This document shows positions 49,126-59,169 of a stretch of DNA of 64,000 bases, piece by piece. Under the pieces are notes generated by a model. It was not told where the DNA came from and did not search any database. It saw only the letters and a program-made list of their open reading frames with translations. The stretch is from Calditrichia bacterium (GTDB taxonomy: Bacteria > Calditrichota > Calditrichia > RBG-13-44-9 > J075), in assembly GCA_050633245.1 (NCBI GenBank), contig JBOEGD010000011.1, forward strand, positions 256,001 to 320,000, read 5' to 3'. Made by a program: the position numbers and the translations under genes. Each line of letters begins with the position of its first letter. Position 1 is the stretch's first letter.

Positions 49126-49178
49126 CACTAAAATTTCAAACCTGCATACTCGTTACACTAGTCTTTGGAGGCGACTGT

Positions 49179-49502
49179 ATGAGAACCGTTACTAAGAAAG
49201 AAGTCGCAAAACGCGTCGCCAAAATGATGGGGCAGAAGATTTATATTACGGAAGATTTCGTAAATGCAGTCTTTCAGTCTCTCCGGGAGATCTTGAGTGA
49301 AGCAGATCCGGAAATCCGAATTGAGATTCGTGATTTTGGTGTGTTTGAAGTCAAGGAAACCAAGCCTAAGCCAAAAGCACGCAACCCGCGAACCGGACAG
49401 ATTATTTATGTTCCGGCCAGACGTAAAACCCATTTTAAACCGGGTAAACTATTGAAGGATATTTTAAAGGAACCGCTAGATCAAAATGATTCTTCAAAGT
49501 AG
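49179..49502 (+). CDS. HU/IHF family DNA-binding protein
   Basis: IEIRDFGVFEV..ARNPRTG..VP....FKPGK. Confidence 0.93.
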   Translation: MRTVTKKEVAKRVAKMMGQKIYITEDFVNAVFQSLREILSEADPEIRIEIRDFGVFEVKETKPKPKARNPRTGQIIYVPARRKTHFKPGKLLKDILKEPLDQNDSSK

Positions 49503-49543
49503 ACAATTTTTATTTAAAAATTTAATTCTTGCCAGTTTTATAT

Positions 49544-49575
49544 GCCGCTCTTCTGTTACCAAGGGGCGGCTTTTT
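49544..49575 (+). terminator. Rho-independent terminator
   Basis: GCCGCTCTT...AAGGGGCGGC-TTTTT. Confidence 0.7.
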
Positions 49576-49625
49576 CATATTAACCCACGTTTTAATTTTC
49601 TGGAATTGCAAGTCGGAGCCGCTTT

Positions 49626-50663
49626 ATGAGTCAGTCCTCTCGAAGCCCTTTGAAGGTTGCACTGGTCGGTTGTGGAGGCGTTGCACAGATTGTGCACCTG
49701 CCGATTTTAAACACGCTGAAGAATGTCGAGGTTGTTGCCCTTTGCGATATCGATACCCGAAAAGCATCAATACTGGCCAATCGCTTTAATATTGCACATA
49801 TTTATGATGACATTGTGCAGATGTTGGATACACATGAGCTGGACTTGGTGTTTATTCTCACTCCCAATAACATGCACTTACCCATGAGTCTGATTGCTCT
49901 GGAACATAAGGTGAATGTGTTTTTGGAAAGACCTGCTGCGCGCACCGCCGGTGAGGTTCAACGTATCGCGGATGCGGCCAAGCAGCATGGCTGCAGCGTG
50001 ATGGTGGGGATGCACAGTCGTTTTCGTCCAGACATCAAGGCAATCCGAAAGTTTGTATCGCAAAAGACTCTCGGAGATGTGTTCTTTATTCGTTCCCAGT
50101 GGATGCAGGCCGAATTTGAGGTGCTAAAACAGCCGTGGCTTTTGAGCAAGAGCATTGCTGGAGGTGGTGTGCTTATGGATCTTGGCGTCCAGCTGATCGA
50201 CACCACCTGGTGGATGTTGGGCAAACCAAAGCTGCGCAGTGTTATGGCGACCAGTCATCAAATAGACGCGAACCTGGAAGTAGAAGACTTCTGTAGCTTT
50301 CAGCTCAATTTTGAAGACAGCGCGACGCTGGCCTGTGATATCAGCTGGAATTTCCCGATCCCGCAGGACCGTTTTCACGCGGCTCTTTACTCTTCTATCG
50401 GATCGCTGACCCTTAATCCTTTCAATATTTCCAAGCTTTGGCAGGGAAAGCAAATTGATATGACGCCACCGGTACCGCGAAACGGAGCCATTCTCTTTCG
50501 TCAGGCCTATCAGAGTCAACTACAGCATATTGTCAATTTCCTGCAGGGTCGAGAAGAGAGTCTTGAATCGGATATTCAGGATGCGGTCGAAGTGCACAAA
50601 ATATTGGATACGCTTTACGCTTCACTTGCTGCCGGCGGATCATCCACTAATTTTTCGGGATAG
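49626..50663 (+). CDS. Gfo/Idh/MocA family oxidoreductase
   Basis: LVGCGGVA, TPN.MH, ERP, GGGVLMDLGVQ. Confidence 0.92.
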   Translation: MSQSSRSPLKVALVGCGGVAQIVHLPILNTLKNVEVVALCDIDTRKASILANRFNIAHIYDDIVQMLDTHELDLVFILTPNNMHLPMSLIALEHKVNVFLERPAARTAGEVQRIADAAKQHGCSVMVGMHSRFRPDIKAIRKFVSQKTLGDVFFIRSQWMQAEFEVLKQPWLLSKSIAGGGVLMDLGVQLIDTTWWMLGKPKLRSVMATSHQIDANLEVEDFCSFQLNFEDSATLACDISWNFPIPQDRFHAALYSSIGSLTLNPFNISKLWQGKQIDMTPPVPRNGAILFRQAYQSQLQHIVNFLQGREESLESDIQDAVEVHKILDTLYASLAAGGSSTNFSG

Positions 50664-50669
50664 AGTGCA

Positions 50670-51320
50670 ATGAATGAGGATTTACCAACCCATGCCTTCA
50701 GCTTGTTGTTGCTGATTTTTGCAACACTGGTTGCGTCAATTCTCAGTAGTCCGCTTCAGGCGCAGTATGCCGGCAAGTCGAATGATGTCCTTGTGTCTGA
50801 GCTCTTGACAGAACGAATTCTACCTGTCATCGAGGAAAAGCTGGTCAATCCTTCACCGCTTCGTTTTACTACTCCCAAACCCAGCCCGTTAGCGACCTGG
50901 ATTGAGGCGAAATTAACTGAGGCTTGCCTTCAAAAAGAATATGTTGTTTATTCCAGCGCGGATAGCGTAAAGACAATCTCGCTGGTTCGCTTTTCGAACC
51001 CGCAGGTGAAGATCGTATATCAAGCCGCTGCTCGTAGTTGGAACCTGCGTACGTCTGAGTATTCGCGCGATGTGATGCTGACAATGCAGCTGGAAGTTGT
51101 TGATGCAAACGGTGTCGTTCAAGCGAGTATCCCGATAGAAGAAATCTATGCAGATCGCATATCTCGCAGCGACTTTGCAAGTCTGCAAAAGAGTCCTTTT
51201 AGCTTCCTTCGTGGAACAAAAAAAGATTCAGGGCTTATAAAACGCTGGTTAGAGCCTGTTGCGATGACAGCAGCTACGATGACGGTTATTTATCTTTTTT
51301 ATTCACTCAGGAGCAATTAA
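50670..51320 (+). CDS. Hypothetical exported protein with C-terminal membrane anchor
   Basis: Signal peptide; C-terminal LEPV....ATMTVIYLFYSLRS; immediately upstream of bamD. Confidence 0.7.
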   Translation: MNEDLPTHAFSLLLLIFATLVASILSSPLQAQYAGKSNDVLVSELLTERILPVIEEKLVNPSPLRFTTPKPSPLATWIEAKLTEACLQKEYVVYSSADSVKTISLVRFSNPQVKIVYQAAARSWNLRTSEYSRDVMLTMQLEVVDANGVVQASIPIEEIYADRISRSDFASLQKSPFSFLRGTKKDSGLIKRWLEPVAMTAATMTVIYLFYSLRSN

Positions 51321-51322
51321 CA

Positions 51323-52105
51323 ATGACGTTTAATTTGAAAAACTCTCTTTTACTTATAATAGCTGTTGCCTTTTTGGCAGCTTGTGGCGGCAACGTTCGC
51401 AAGCAGGATTTGGGTCCGGACGCGTATTTTGAATTTGCTAAGAACAAGTTCGATAATGGCGACTATGTAGAATCAATTACCGACTTTACCGTAATCGTGT
51501 TGAAGTTTAGCGGGAATCCGGTAGTTGATGATGCACAGTATTATCTCGCGGAAAGCCATTTTAAAGAGGGTGATTATATTATTGCCGTTGCAGAATACAA
51601 CAAACTTCTCAGCGATTACCCACAAAGCGAATACCGGGTGCTTGCTCAGTTTAAACGTGGAATGGCTTTTTATGAATTGTCTCCTCGGCCCGAACTCGAT
51701 CAGGAATACACGCGCCGTGCTATTCGTAGCTTTCAGGAGTTTGTTGAAGAAAATGCGGGTCATGAACTGACCCCCAAAGCCGAAGGCTATATCGCTGAAT
51801 TGCGTGGCAAGCTTGCCTTTAAGAAAATGACCGGTGGTGAGACCTACCGCAAAAAAGGTGAGTATGATGCGGCCATTATCTATTACGATTTGGTCATCAA
51901 AGAATATTTTGATTCTGCTCCCGCTGGTGATGCCATGTATTGGAAAGGGCACTGTCAACTTAAGACAAAGCAGTATGAAGAAGCTCAGACAACGCTAAGC
52001 CTTTTTCTTGAAAAATATCCGGAGCACAAAAATATCGGCAAGGCGAAGAAGATGATTGAGGAAGCACACGACAATCTGCAAAAGACTGCTAAAGGTGATT
52101 CCTGA
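51323..52105 (+). CDS. bamD: Outer membrane protein assembly factor BamD
   Basis: Lipobox LAAC; TPRs; SPRPELDQEYT..AI..FQ.F. Confidence 0.9.
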   Translation: MTFNLKNSLLLIIAVAFLAACGGNVRKQDLGPDAYFEFAKNKFDNGDYVESITDFTVIVLKFSGNPVVDDAQYYLAESHFKEGDYIIAVAEYNKLLSDYPQSEYRVLAQFKRGMAFYELSPRPELDQEYTRRAIRSFQEFVEENAGHELTPKAEGYIAELRGKLAFKKMTGGETYRKKGEYDAAIIYYDLVIKEYFDSAPAGDAMYWKGHCQLKTKQYEEAQTTLSLFLEKYPEHKNIGKAKKMIEEAHDNLQKTAKGDS

Positions 52106-52704
52106 GCGGGTCGCCACGCCGGATTGGTCTGTTTGGAGGAACATTTGATCCGGTTCATCTCGGGCATCTCTTAATTGCCGAATTAATCAGAGACGAACTG
52201 GATCTTGAAAAAGTGCTCTTCATTCCTGTCGGACAGCATGCAATCAAGAATAATGAGAACATCACCTCTGCCAACCATCGATTGGCGATGCTGCAAATTG
52301 CTCTAAGTACAAACGATTATTTCGAATTGAGTGATATCGAAATAAGCAAGCCTGCCATATCCTATACCATCGATACAATCCGAGATCTAAAAAGTCAGTA
52401 CTGTTCTGATGACGCGGAGTTCTATTTTCTGACGGGGATTGATAACATCAATAGCTTTCATCGCTGGAAGAACCCGGAAGAACTGGTAAAGGAATGCCGT
52501 TTTATCGCCTTTGGGCGCCCTGGTTATAAACCTTTCTCGGAAGAGACGCCCTATCGACAACAATTTACCGAAGTAGAAATTCCGCTTCTGGAAATTTCGT
52601 CCTCACAAGTTCGACGTCGAATTAGCGCAGGGAAAACGATTCGCTATTTGGTTCAACGTGGGGTTGAACGCTATATTCGTAAGAATAACCTCTATACACC
52701 ATAA
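52102..52704 (+). CDS. nadD: Nicotinate-nucleotide adenylyltransferase, probable CTG start
   Basis: In-frame [16 protein letters not shown] lies upstream of the ORF-track start 52213; [14 protein letters not shown]; frame closed by TGA at 52096. Confidence 0.92.
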   Translation: MSGSPRRIGLFGGTFDPVHLGHLLIAELIRDELDLEKVLFIPVGQHAIKNNENITSANHRLAMLQIALSTNDYFELSDIEISKPAISYTIDTIRDLKSQYCSDDAEFYFLTGIDNINSFHRWKNPEELVKECRFIAFGRPGYKPFSEETPYRQQFTEVEIPLLEISSSQVRRRISAGKTIRYLVQRGVERYIRKNNLYTP

Positions 52705-52740
52705 ACGTCGATTTTAGACGTCGAGCCTACCAATTAGAAC

Positions 52741-52769
52741 TTGCAAAGATTGATAATAAGGCGTATATT
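52741..52769 (+). promoter_or_regulatory. Putative sigma70 promoter of accB-accC-gcvH
   Basis: TTGCAA-17 nt-TATATT. Confidence 0.6.
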
Positions 52770-52808
52770 TTTCGGTCTATTTTATGCGTAACAGCCTTTG
52801 GAGGGTTA

Positions 52809-53282
52809 ATGGATATCCAGGAAATCAGGCAGTTGATCAAGCTTGTCGAAAAAAGTAAAATCGATGAACTTGAGATTGAGGAGGAAGGGAAAAAAATCCG
52901 CATCAGCAAGAATTCTATTTCTGCCGAGGCATTTAGTCAGCAGAGCCAGGTTTATATGGCTCCACCAGCAATGCAGGCCGCTGCTCCGGCAGCTAACGCA
53001 CCAGTTGCTGCTGCTGAGTCGGTTGAGAAACCGGCTTCATCGGATTACCTTGAGGTACGGTCTCCAATGGTCGGAACTTTCTACCGCTCACCGGCACCGG
53101 ATCAAGACCACTATGTAAGTGAGGGCGACAAAGTAAATGAAGGTTCGCCACTTTGTATAATTGAAGCTATGAAGCTAATGAACGAGGTTGTCTCTGACTA
53201 CAGCGGGCGTATTGCCAAAATTATGGTAGAAAACGCTCAGCCGGTTGAATACAATCAAGTCCTTTTTCTCATCGAAAAATAG
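52809..53282 (+). CDS. accB: Acetyl-CoA carboxylase biotin carboxyl carrier protein
   Basis: [18 protein letters not shown]. Confidence 0.97.
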   Translation: MDIQEIRQLIKLVEKSKIDELEIEEEGKKIRISKNSISAEAFSQQSQVYMAPPAMQAAAPAANAPVAAAESVEKPASSDYLEVRSPMVGTFYRSPAPDQDHYVSEGDKVNEGSPLCIIEAMKLMNEVVSDYSGRIAKIMVENAQPVEYNQVLFLIEK

Positions 53283-53321
53283 CCAATCTTTTTACGGAAT
53301 CGCCTAAACCAGGAAACCGTT

Positions 53322-54707
53322 TTGTTCTCGAAGATCCTTATTGCAAATCGCGGAGAAATTGCGCTCCGCATTATCCGCGCCTGTAAAGAACTCGGCGTCA
53401 AAACCGTCGCTGTCTATTCAACTCAGGATGAAACCGCCGCTCATACTATTTTTGCCGACGAGAGTGTTTGCATTGGTCCGCCAGCCGCTGGTCAGAGTTA
53501 TTTAAATACGACGCGTATTCTTACAGCTGCCGAAATTACCGATGCCGATGCCATTCATCCCGGCTATGGCTTTCTTTCAGAAAATGCAGATTTTGCCGAA
53601 ATGTGTAGTGCAGTTGGTCTCACATTTATTGGCCCTCCCGCCGAAGTAATTGATAAGATGGGAGATAAGGCCAAGGCCAAACACTACATGCGTCTGGCCG
53701 GTGTTCCGGTGGTACCAGGAAGCGATGGCGTTATCGGTTCTATTGAAGAATTGCACAAAGTAGCTGAGGAAACCGGTTACCCCGTCATCTTGAAAGCGGT
53801 TTCGGGTGGTGGTGGTAAGGGAATGCGGATTGTGCATGATTCAAAATCTCTTGAAAATGCCTTTATGATGGCCAGTGCAGAGGCAGAAGCCGGTTTTGGA
53901 AATGCCGAAATTTATGTCGAGAAGTATATCGATAAGCCAAGGCACATCGAAATTCAGCTGCTGGCAGATAGCCATGGGAATGTAATTCACCTCGGTGAAC
54001 GCGAATGCTCTATTCAACGTCGCCATCAAAAATTGATTGAGGAAGCACCCTCACCGGTTGTTGATGCGGAAATGCGTGAAAAAATGGGTGCGGTCGCAGT
54101 TAAGGGGGCTGAATTCGTCGGCTATGAAAGCGCGGGAACAATTGAGTTTCTGGTTGATTCGCAGAAAAATTTCTATTTTATGGAGATGAATACCCGTATT
54201 CAGGTTGAGCATACCGTTACCGAGATGGTCTACAACGTCGATTTGATTAAGGAAATGATTCGCGTCGCTGCCGGCGAAAAGCTAAAGCTTAAGCAGAGCG
54301 ATATTTATCCTCGCGGGCATGCTATAGAATGTCGAATTAATGCGGAAGATCCACAGGTGAATTTTATGCCTTCCCCCGGTGAAATAACCAATCTTCACCT
54401 GGCGGGTGGCCCGGGAATTCGCGTAGATACACATATTTACAATTCTTATAAGGTGCCGCCTTTCTATGATTCTCTGCTTGCAAAGCTGATCGTTATTGCC
54501 AGAAACAGGGAAGAGGCGATCCGCCGATTGAATCGGGCACTCGATGAGTTTATTGTTGAAGGAGTAAAAACCACAATACCGTTTCATAAATATGTCATTA
54601 ATACACCGGAGTTTCAATCCGGCGATTTTGATACGCACTATCTTGAAAAAATTTACGAAAAAGCTAAAAAAGCCATGGCAGAAGATTCACAAGGGAGAGA
54701 CGAATGA
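53322..54707 (+). CDS. accC: Biotin carboxylase
   Basis: [50 protein letters not shown]. Confidence 0.97.
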   Translation: MFSKILIANRGEIALRIIRACKELGVKTVAVYSTQDETAAHTIFADESVCIGPPAAGQSYLNTTRILTAAEITDADAIHPGYGFLSENADFAEMCSAVGLTFIGPPAEVIDKMGDKAKAKHYMRLAGVPVVPGSDGVIGSIEELHKVAEETGYPVILKAVSGGGGKGMRIVHDSKSLENAFMMASAEAEAGFGNAEIYVEKYIDKPRHIEIQLLADSHGNVIHLGERECSIQRRHQKLIEEAPSPVVDAEMREKMGAVAVKGAEFVGYESAGTIEFLVDSQKNFYFMEMNTRIQVEHTVTEMVYNVDLIKEMIRVAAGEKLKLKQSDIYPRGHAIECRINAEDPQVNFMPSPGEITNLHLAGGPGIRVDTHIYNSYKVPPFYDSLLAKLIVIARNREEAIRRLNRALDEFIVEGVKTTIPFHKYVINTPEFQSGDFDTHYLEKIYEKAKKAMAEDSQGRDE

Positions 54708-55075
54708 TTCCATCCGATTTGAAGTATACAGCAGAACATGAGTGGGCAAAAATTGAAGGCGATACAATGACAGTCGGTATTACAGAGTATGCCCAGGGTG
54801 AACTGGGTGACATCGTTTTTGTGGAATTTCCTGCGGTTGGTGATGAAATCACGAAGGATGAATCCTTTGGGACCATTGAAGCTGTTAAAGCTGTATCAGA
54901 TCTATATGCCCCCATTACCGGCACCGTGGTAGCCATTAATGAAGCCTTAGCCGACGCACCGGATGCGATCAATAGTGACCCCTATGGTGATGGTTGGATG
55001 ATAAAAATAAAAATCGCTGACGCCGCCGAACTCGATTCGCTGTTAAGCAGTGATCAATATGGCGAGTTAGTTTAG
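54704..55075 (+). CDS. gcvH: Glycine cleavage system H protein
   Basis: [29 protein letters not shown]. Confidence 0.97.
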   Translation: MIPSDLKYTAEHEWAKIEGDTMTVGITEYAQGELGDIVFVEFPAVGDEITKDESFGTIEAVKAVSDLYAPITGTVVAINEALADAPDAINSDPYGDGWMIKIKIADAAELDSLLSSDQYGELV

Positions 55076-55151
55076 TCTCTCACCCTGGAACAGAGCGTAG
55101 TAATTTCTTTTTTCGCTATTCTCTGGCCCTATTAGCTTCGATAACAGATAT

Positions 55152-56183
55152 ATGGCAAAAATACTGATTGTCGACGATAATTTGGATATGCTTGATACTC
55201 TGGAACATTTATTTATGTTCTACGATTTCGAAGTTATCCGTGCCGGCAATGGTGCAGAGGCCATTAAAGTTGCAAACTCGGAAAAACCATCTGTTATTGT
55301 GCTCGATGGTCTTATGCCGGTAATGACCGGCTTCGAAGCTTGTGAAGTGCTTAAGAAAGATCCCGCAACCCGAGAAATTCCCATTGTTTTTTTATCGGCA
55401 AACTACACGGATGACGAACATCGTGAGCTGGGTTTCGAGCTGGGGGCAGATGAATACATGCTTAAGCCTTTTAATGCCAAAGAACTGATTGCAAAAGTTC
55501 AGCAACTTCTTCATCATCGCTCTTTAATTGAGCGGCTCAGAACAGACAATCAATTACTTATTCGCTCCCAGTCTACTCTTCCCGGTAAGCAGTTAAAAAG
55601 AGAAACGACTGAAATTGACCAGAATCAAGTTTTAGATCAGCTAACAGGTTTATATAATAACACGAACTTTCTGGAAAAATTGCACGCTGTGTTCCGATCG
55701 TCTAATGCTGGTGAAAGCGAGCTAAGCCTTTTGGTGATAGATGTCGATCATTTTAAGCAGATCAATGCAGCGTTTGGTGAGTATGCCGGTGACTATGTCT
55801 TAATGCAGGTCGCAAACGTAATTTTAACCTCCTGCAGCCTATCTTCCTCAGTATTCAGACTGGGGAGAAATCGCTTCAGCGTTCTTTTCGATGGGATGAG
55901 TGCCAGTGACTGTTTTTATGAAGCAGAACGTATTCGCGCTGCAATTGGACAAACAGCTTTTTTCGAAGGCGATTTTTTTGAACAACGCTTTCGACATACG
56001 CGCAGAAGAAGTGTCGATAAACGATTGACCGCAAGTATTGGCTTGGCTGTATCGAGATTGGATGAAACGCCAACCCGCTTTTTGCGTCGAGCCGAACAGG
56101 CGCTTTTAAAAGCGAAGGCCAAAGGTCGAAACATGACACTCAGGCACAGCGAGATTATACCGGAAAGTTCTCCGGAAAGTTAA
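55152..56183 (+). CDS. Response regulator with degenerate GGDEF domain
   Basis: REC (VDD..LDGLMP..KPF); DQLTGLYN, DVDHFKQIN..FG..AGD; signature reads RLGRNRF. Confidence 0.88.
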   Translation: MAKILIVDDNLDMLDTLEHLFMFYDFEVIRAGNGAEAIKVANSEKPSVIVLDGLMPVMTGFEACEVLKKDPATREIPIVFLSANYTDDEHRELGFELGADEYMLKPFNAKELIAKVQQLLHHRSLIERLRTDNQLLIRSQSTLPGKQLKRETTEIDQNQVLDQLTGLYNNTNFLEKLHAVFRSSNAGESELSLLVIDVDHFKQINAAFGEYAGDYVLMQVANVILTSCSLSSSVFRLGRNRFSVLFDGMSASDCFYEAERIRAAIGQTAFFEGDFFEQRFRHTRRRSVDKRLTASIGLAVSRLDETPTRFLRRAEQALLKAKAKGRNMTLRHSEIIPESSPES

Positions 56184-56206
56184 ATAGCTATAACCACAGG
56201 ATTCTC

Positions 56207-56935
56207 ATGTCGAAAAAGATCTTAATCGTTGATGATAACGAACATGTCCTAAAACTGCTTCGTATTAGTCTTGAAAAGGCAGGATATGATATCGCACAGG
56301 CAATGAATGGCGATGAAGGGCTAGACGTGGCGAAGGAGGTTTTGCCAGATCTTATCATCTCTGATGTAATGATGCCGCTTACCGACGGAATTGAATTCTG
56401 CTGGATGATCCGCGATAACTCACCAATCCCGATGGTTCCCTTTATTTTCCTGACAAGCCTGGAAGACCAGGAAATGGAAATCCGCGGATTTCGTGCCGGA
56501 GCAGATGAGTATCTCATCAAACCTGTTGACCGCTCTGTCTTACTCGAAAAAGTAGAAACCCTTCTGGAAAGAGCGACACGCGTTCGTTCGTTCGACAGCA
56601 ATCCAACCGAAGGTATAAAGGGATTTGAAGGTAATCTGGCCGATTTATCATTAGCTGAGGTTATCCAGCTATTGAATCTGAATCAACGTAGCGGAACGCT
56701 ACATGTTGAGGCCGGTGATCGGGGTGAAATCTTTTTTAGCAGCGGACATATGCAGTTTGCAACATTTGGAGATCTGCAGGGTGAAAATGCCATTCACAAA
56801 GTTGTTCCGCAAAAAGAGGGTAAATTTAGCTTTGAGCCCGGAGAAAAAGAAGTGGAGCGCAACATCACTGGTGCTACAATGAATATTCTTCTCGAGGCAT
56901 GCCGTCTGGCAGACGAACAGAATCTATCCGCATAA
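56207..56935 (+). CDS. Response regulator with DUF4388/PatA-N-like domain
   Basis: REC (SDVMMP); GNLADLSLAEVIQLL....SGTL....GEIFF..G. Confidence 0.88.
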   Translation: MSKKILIVDDNEHVLKLLRISLEKAGYDIAQAMNGDEGLDVAKEVLPDLIISDVMMPLTDGIEFCWMIRDNSPIPMVPFIFLTSLEDQEMEIRGFRAGADEYLIKPVDRSVLLEKVETLLERATRVRSFDSNPTEGIKGFEGNLADLSLAEVIQLLNLNQRSGTLHVEAGDRGEIFFSSGHMQFATFGDLQGENAIHKVVPQKEGKFSFEPGEKEVERNITGATMNILLEACRLADEQNLSA

Positions 56936-56954
56936 CATAAAACAGCGCAAAGAA

Positions 56955-57869
56955 ATGCAGAATTTCACTACCACATTGATGTGTTTGTCAAGACGCTTTT
57001 GGCTGGTGATCTTCCTCATTGTTTTTAGCTGTGACCAACTTCCTGCCCAACTCGCTGAAGGCGAGAAAATTCACATTATTTACACCGGTAATCTTAACGC
57101 TGCATTAGACGACTGTCGCTGTGAAGGACGGCTTGTCGGCGGAATGACGCGCATATTGCCGCTGATTGAACAACTCCGGGATTCTTTATCTGCACCAGCT
57201 CTGGTTGATGCCGGAGATTTTCTGAGCAGTTATTCTTTTCCAGACGTTAATCGGGCAATGCTTCGCCTGCTAAAACGAGCAGACTACGATGCACTGAACC
57301 TGGGAGATCAGGAGTTTGTGGAAGGGGTGAAGTTTCTGGAAAAATGGCAGAAGTCTTCTCGCAATCGTTTGCCTCTGGTTTCCGCAAATGCACAGGCCGA
57401 GCTAAATGGTGAAGGTGCCCTGGCACCGTATAGCATTGTAAAAAAAGGCAAGCACGTTATAGCAGTTATTGGCCTGGTTGAAGAAGAGAGTTTTGAGTTT
57501 GTCTCTTCTGATGGCATTGAAATTATTCCAACGCGAGACCGGCTGCATACACTTCGCTTTCTGGCTAGTGAAACCGATATTCAAATTTTGCTTTATCATG
57601 GCAATAGCTTAAAACTTGATGGCCTTATTCGCGAACACCCGTGGCTGGAAGCTGTTGTTGTTGGCAATAATCAAAAAATTCATGAGTCACTGATCGGTTC
57701 AACCCTTGTAGTCGAGTCAGGAACAGACGGTGAACACGTCGGATTGCTTCGTGCTACCTTCTCTCGCGGTAAGTGGCAATTGAGTAACTCATTCTTCGAA
57801 ATCACCAAAGATCGTAAATTAGATTCAAAAGCTGTTCGAATCAGCGCGCCTTTTTATGGGGCTCAGTAG
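56955..57869 (+). CDS. Exported UshA/5'-nucleotidase N-terminal-like protein with CxC motif
   Basis: YTGNL....DCRC...GG..R, VDAGDF, YDALNLGDQE, VSAN. Confidence 0.7.
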   Translation: MQNFTTTLMCLSRRFWLVIFLIVFSCDQLPAQLAEGEKIHIIYTGNLNAALDDCRCEGRLVGGMTRILPLIEQLRDSLSAPALVDAGDFLSSYSFPDVNRAMLRLLKRADYDALNLGDQEFVEGVKFLEKWQKSSRNRLPLVSANAQAELNGEGALAPYSIVKKGKHVIAVIGLVEEESFEFVSSDGIEIIPTRDRLHTLRFLASETDIQILLYHGNSLKLDGLIREHPWLEAVVVGNNQKIHESLIGSTLVVESGTDGEHVGLLRATFSRGKWQLSNSFFEITKDRKLDSKAVRISAPFYGAQ

Positions 57870-58047
57870 ATCCTGATTCGCAAAACATGTTGCTTCTGAA
57901 ATCTCTCTGACTATATTAGCCCTGTTCAATAGTCAAATGATACAGGATGATACCCTGCAAACGCATCGGATGAGACAACTTCTTACCTTTTGGTTAAACC
58001 GTATTGCATTTGCGGTCTACCTACCGCTAAAAGCTCTGTTATTCACC

Positions 58048-59079
58048 ATGAAAAAATATCTTCTTGCTACCTTTCTTATTCTACTTGTCGCACTTGCTGC
58101 CAGTGCAGCATATGTCTATCCAAAGACACTCGGCAAACTTCCTAATGCAGAAACGGTGAAACTTGTTGTGCCGAAGGGAGCCTCTTACCACCAGGTTGCC
58201 GATTCTCTGGTTGCCGCTGAAGTGCTCGGCGAAAAACGCTGGTTTTTATTGCTCGGTCGCTTGACAGGTGCTGATAAAAAAATGCGTGCCGGGAGATTTG
58301 ATATACCACCGGGTCTTTCAACAAAAGACCTGGTACAGCACTTGAATGATGCTCCGTTGTCGCAAATCAAGGTGACGCTTCCTGAGGGGATTCTCGCAAG
58401 CCGTATGGCTGCTGCCTTTGAGCGTAAGCTGGGTGCGGACTCAAGCCTGTTTATGAAATTTGTTCACGACACAGCATTTGCACAAACGCTGGTGCCGGGT
58501 GCGAAGTCGTTGGAAGGTTATCTGTTACCGGAAACGTATTTATTTCAATGGAAGACACCGGAAAAAGAGCTGGTAAAATTTTTGGTCAATCAAACGCTGG
58601 CTATTTTTGCGCCCGACAGCATCAGCAAGCGACTAACCGAAATGGATATGACTCAGCTGGAAATTCTTACGCTGGCATCCATCGTGGAAGGGGAAGCGTT
58701 GGTAGATGCCGAACGCCCAATAATCTCTTCTTTGTATCACAATCGCTTACGTTTGAAGTGGCCTCTTCAGGCAGATCCCACAATTCAATTTATTTTACCC
58801 GGCCCGCCGCGTCGTCTGCTCAATAAGCATTTGAAAATCGACTCACCGTACAATACCTATAAATACGGTGGACTGCCGCCTGGTCCGGTGAATAACCCGG
58901 GTAAGAATTCAATTCTTGCTACCCTCTATCCGGATAGCACGCCTTATTTGTATATGGTCGCATCCGGAGATGGTGGCCACAAGTTTAGCAAGACGCTTCG
59001 CGAGCATAACTATTGGCACGCAAAGTTTAATGAAGTGCGTCGACGCTACCGTCGTGAACAGCGACGACAACAAAATTAG
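58048..59079 (+). CDS. mltG: Endolytic transglycosylase MltG
   Basis: VTLPEG, LEGYLLPETY, LASIVEGE, LQADPT, SPYNTY...GLPPGP; likely start ATG 58048. Confidence 0.95.
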   Translation: MKKYLLATFLILLVALAASAAYVYPKTLGKLPNAETVKLVVPKGASYHQVADSLVAAEVLGEKRWFLLLGRLTGADKKMRAGRFDIPPGLSTKDLVQHLNDAPLSQIKVTLPEGILASRMAAAFERKLGADSSLFMKFVHDTAFAQTLVPGAKSLEGYLLPETYLFQWKTPEKELVKFLVNQTLAIFAPDSISKRLTEMDMTQLEILTLASIVEGEALVDAERPIISSLYHNRLRLKWPLQADPTIQFILPGPPRRLLNKHLKIDSPYNTYKYGGLPPGPVNNPGKNSILATLYPDSTPYLYMVASGDGGHKFSKTLREHNYWHAKFNEVRRRYRREQRRQQN

Positions 59080-59169
59080 CACATCGTCATACCGTAAAAA
59101 GACTTTCCTTAAACGCTATTTCTGGCTATATTTATCGCCGTTACCAAACTGGAAGAGAGCCGTCTTTTT

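Noticed and set aside
57100-57125. Second selenoprotein in the UshA-like gene
   Set aside because: Codons are TGT-CGC-TGT; no in-frame TGA
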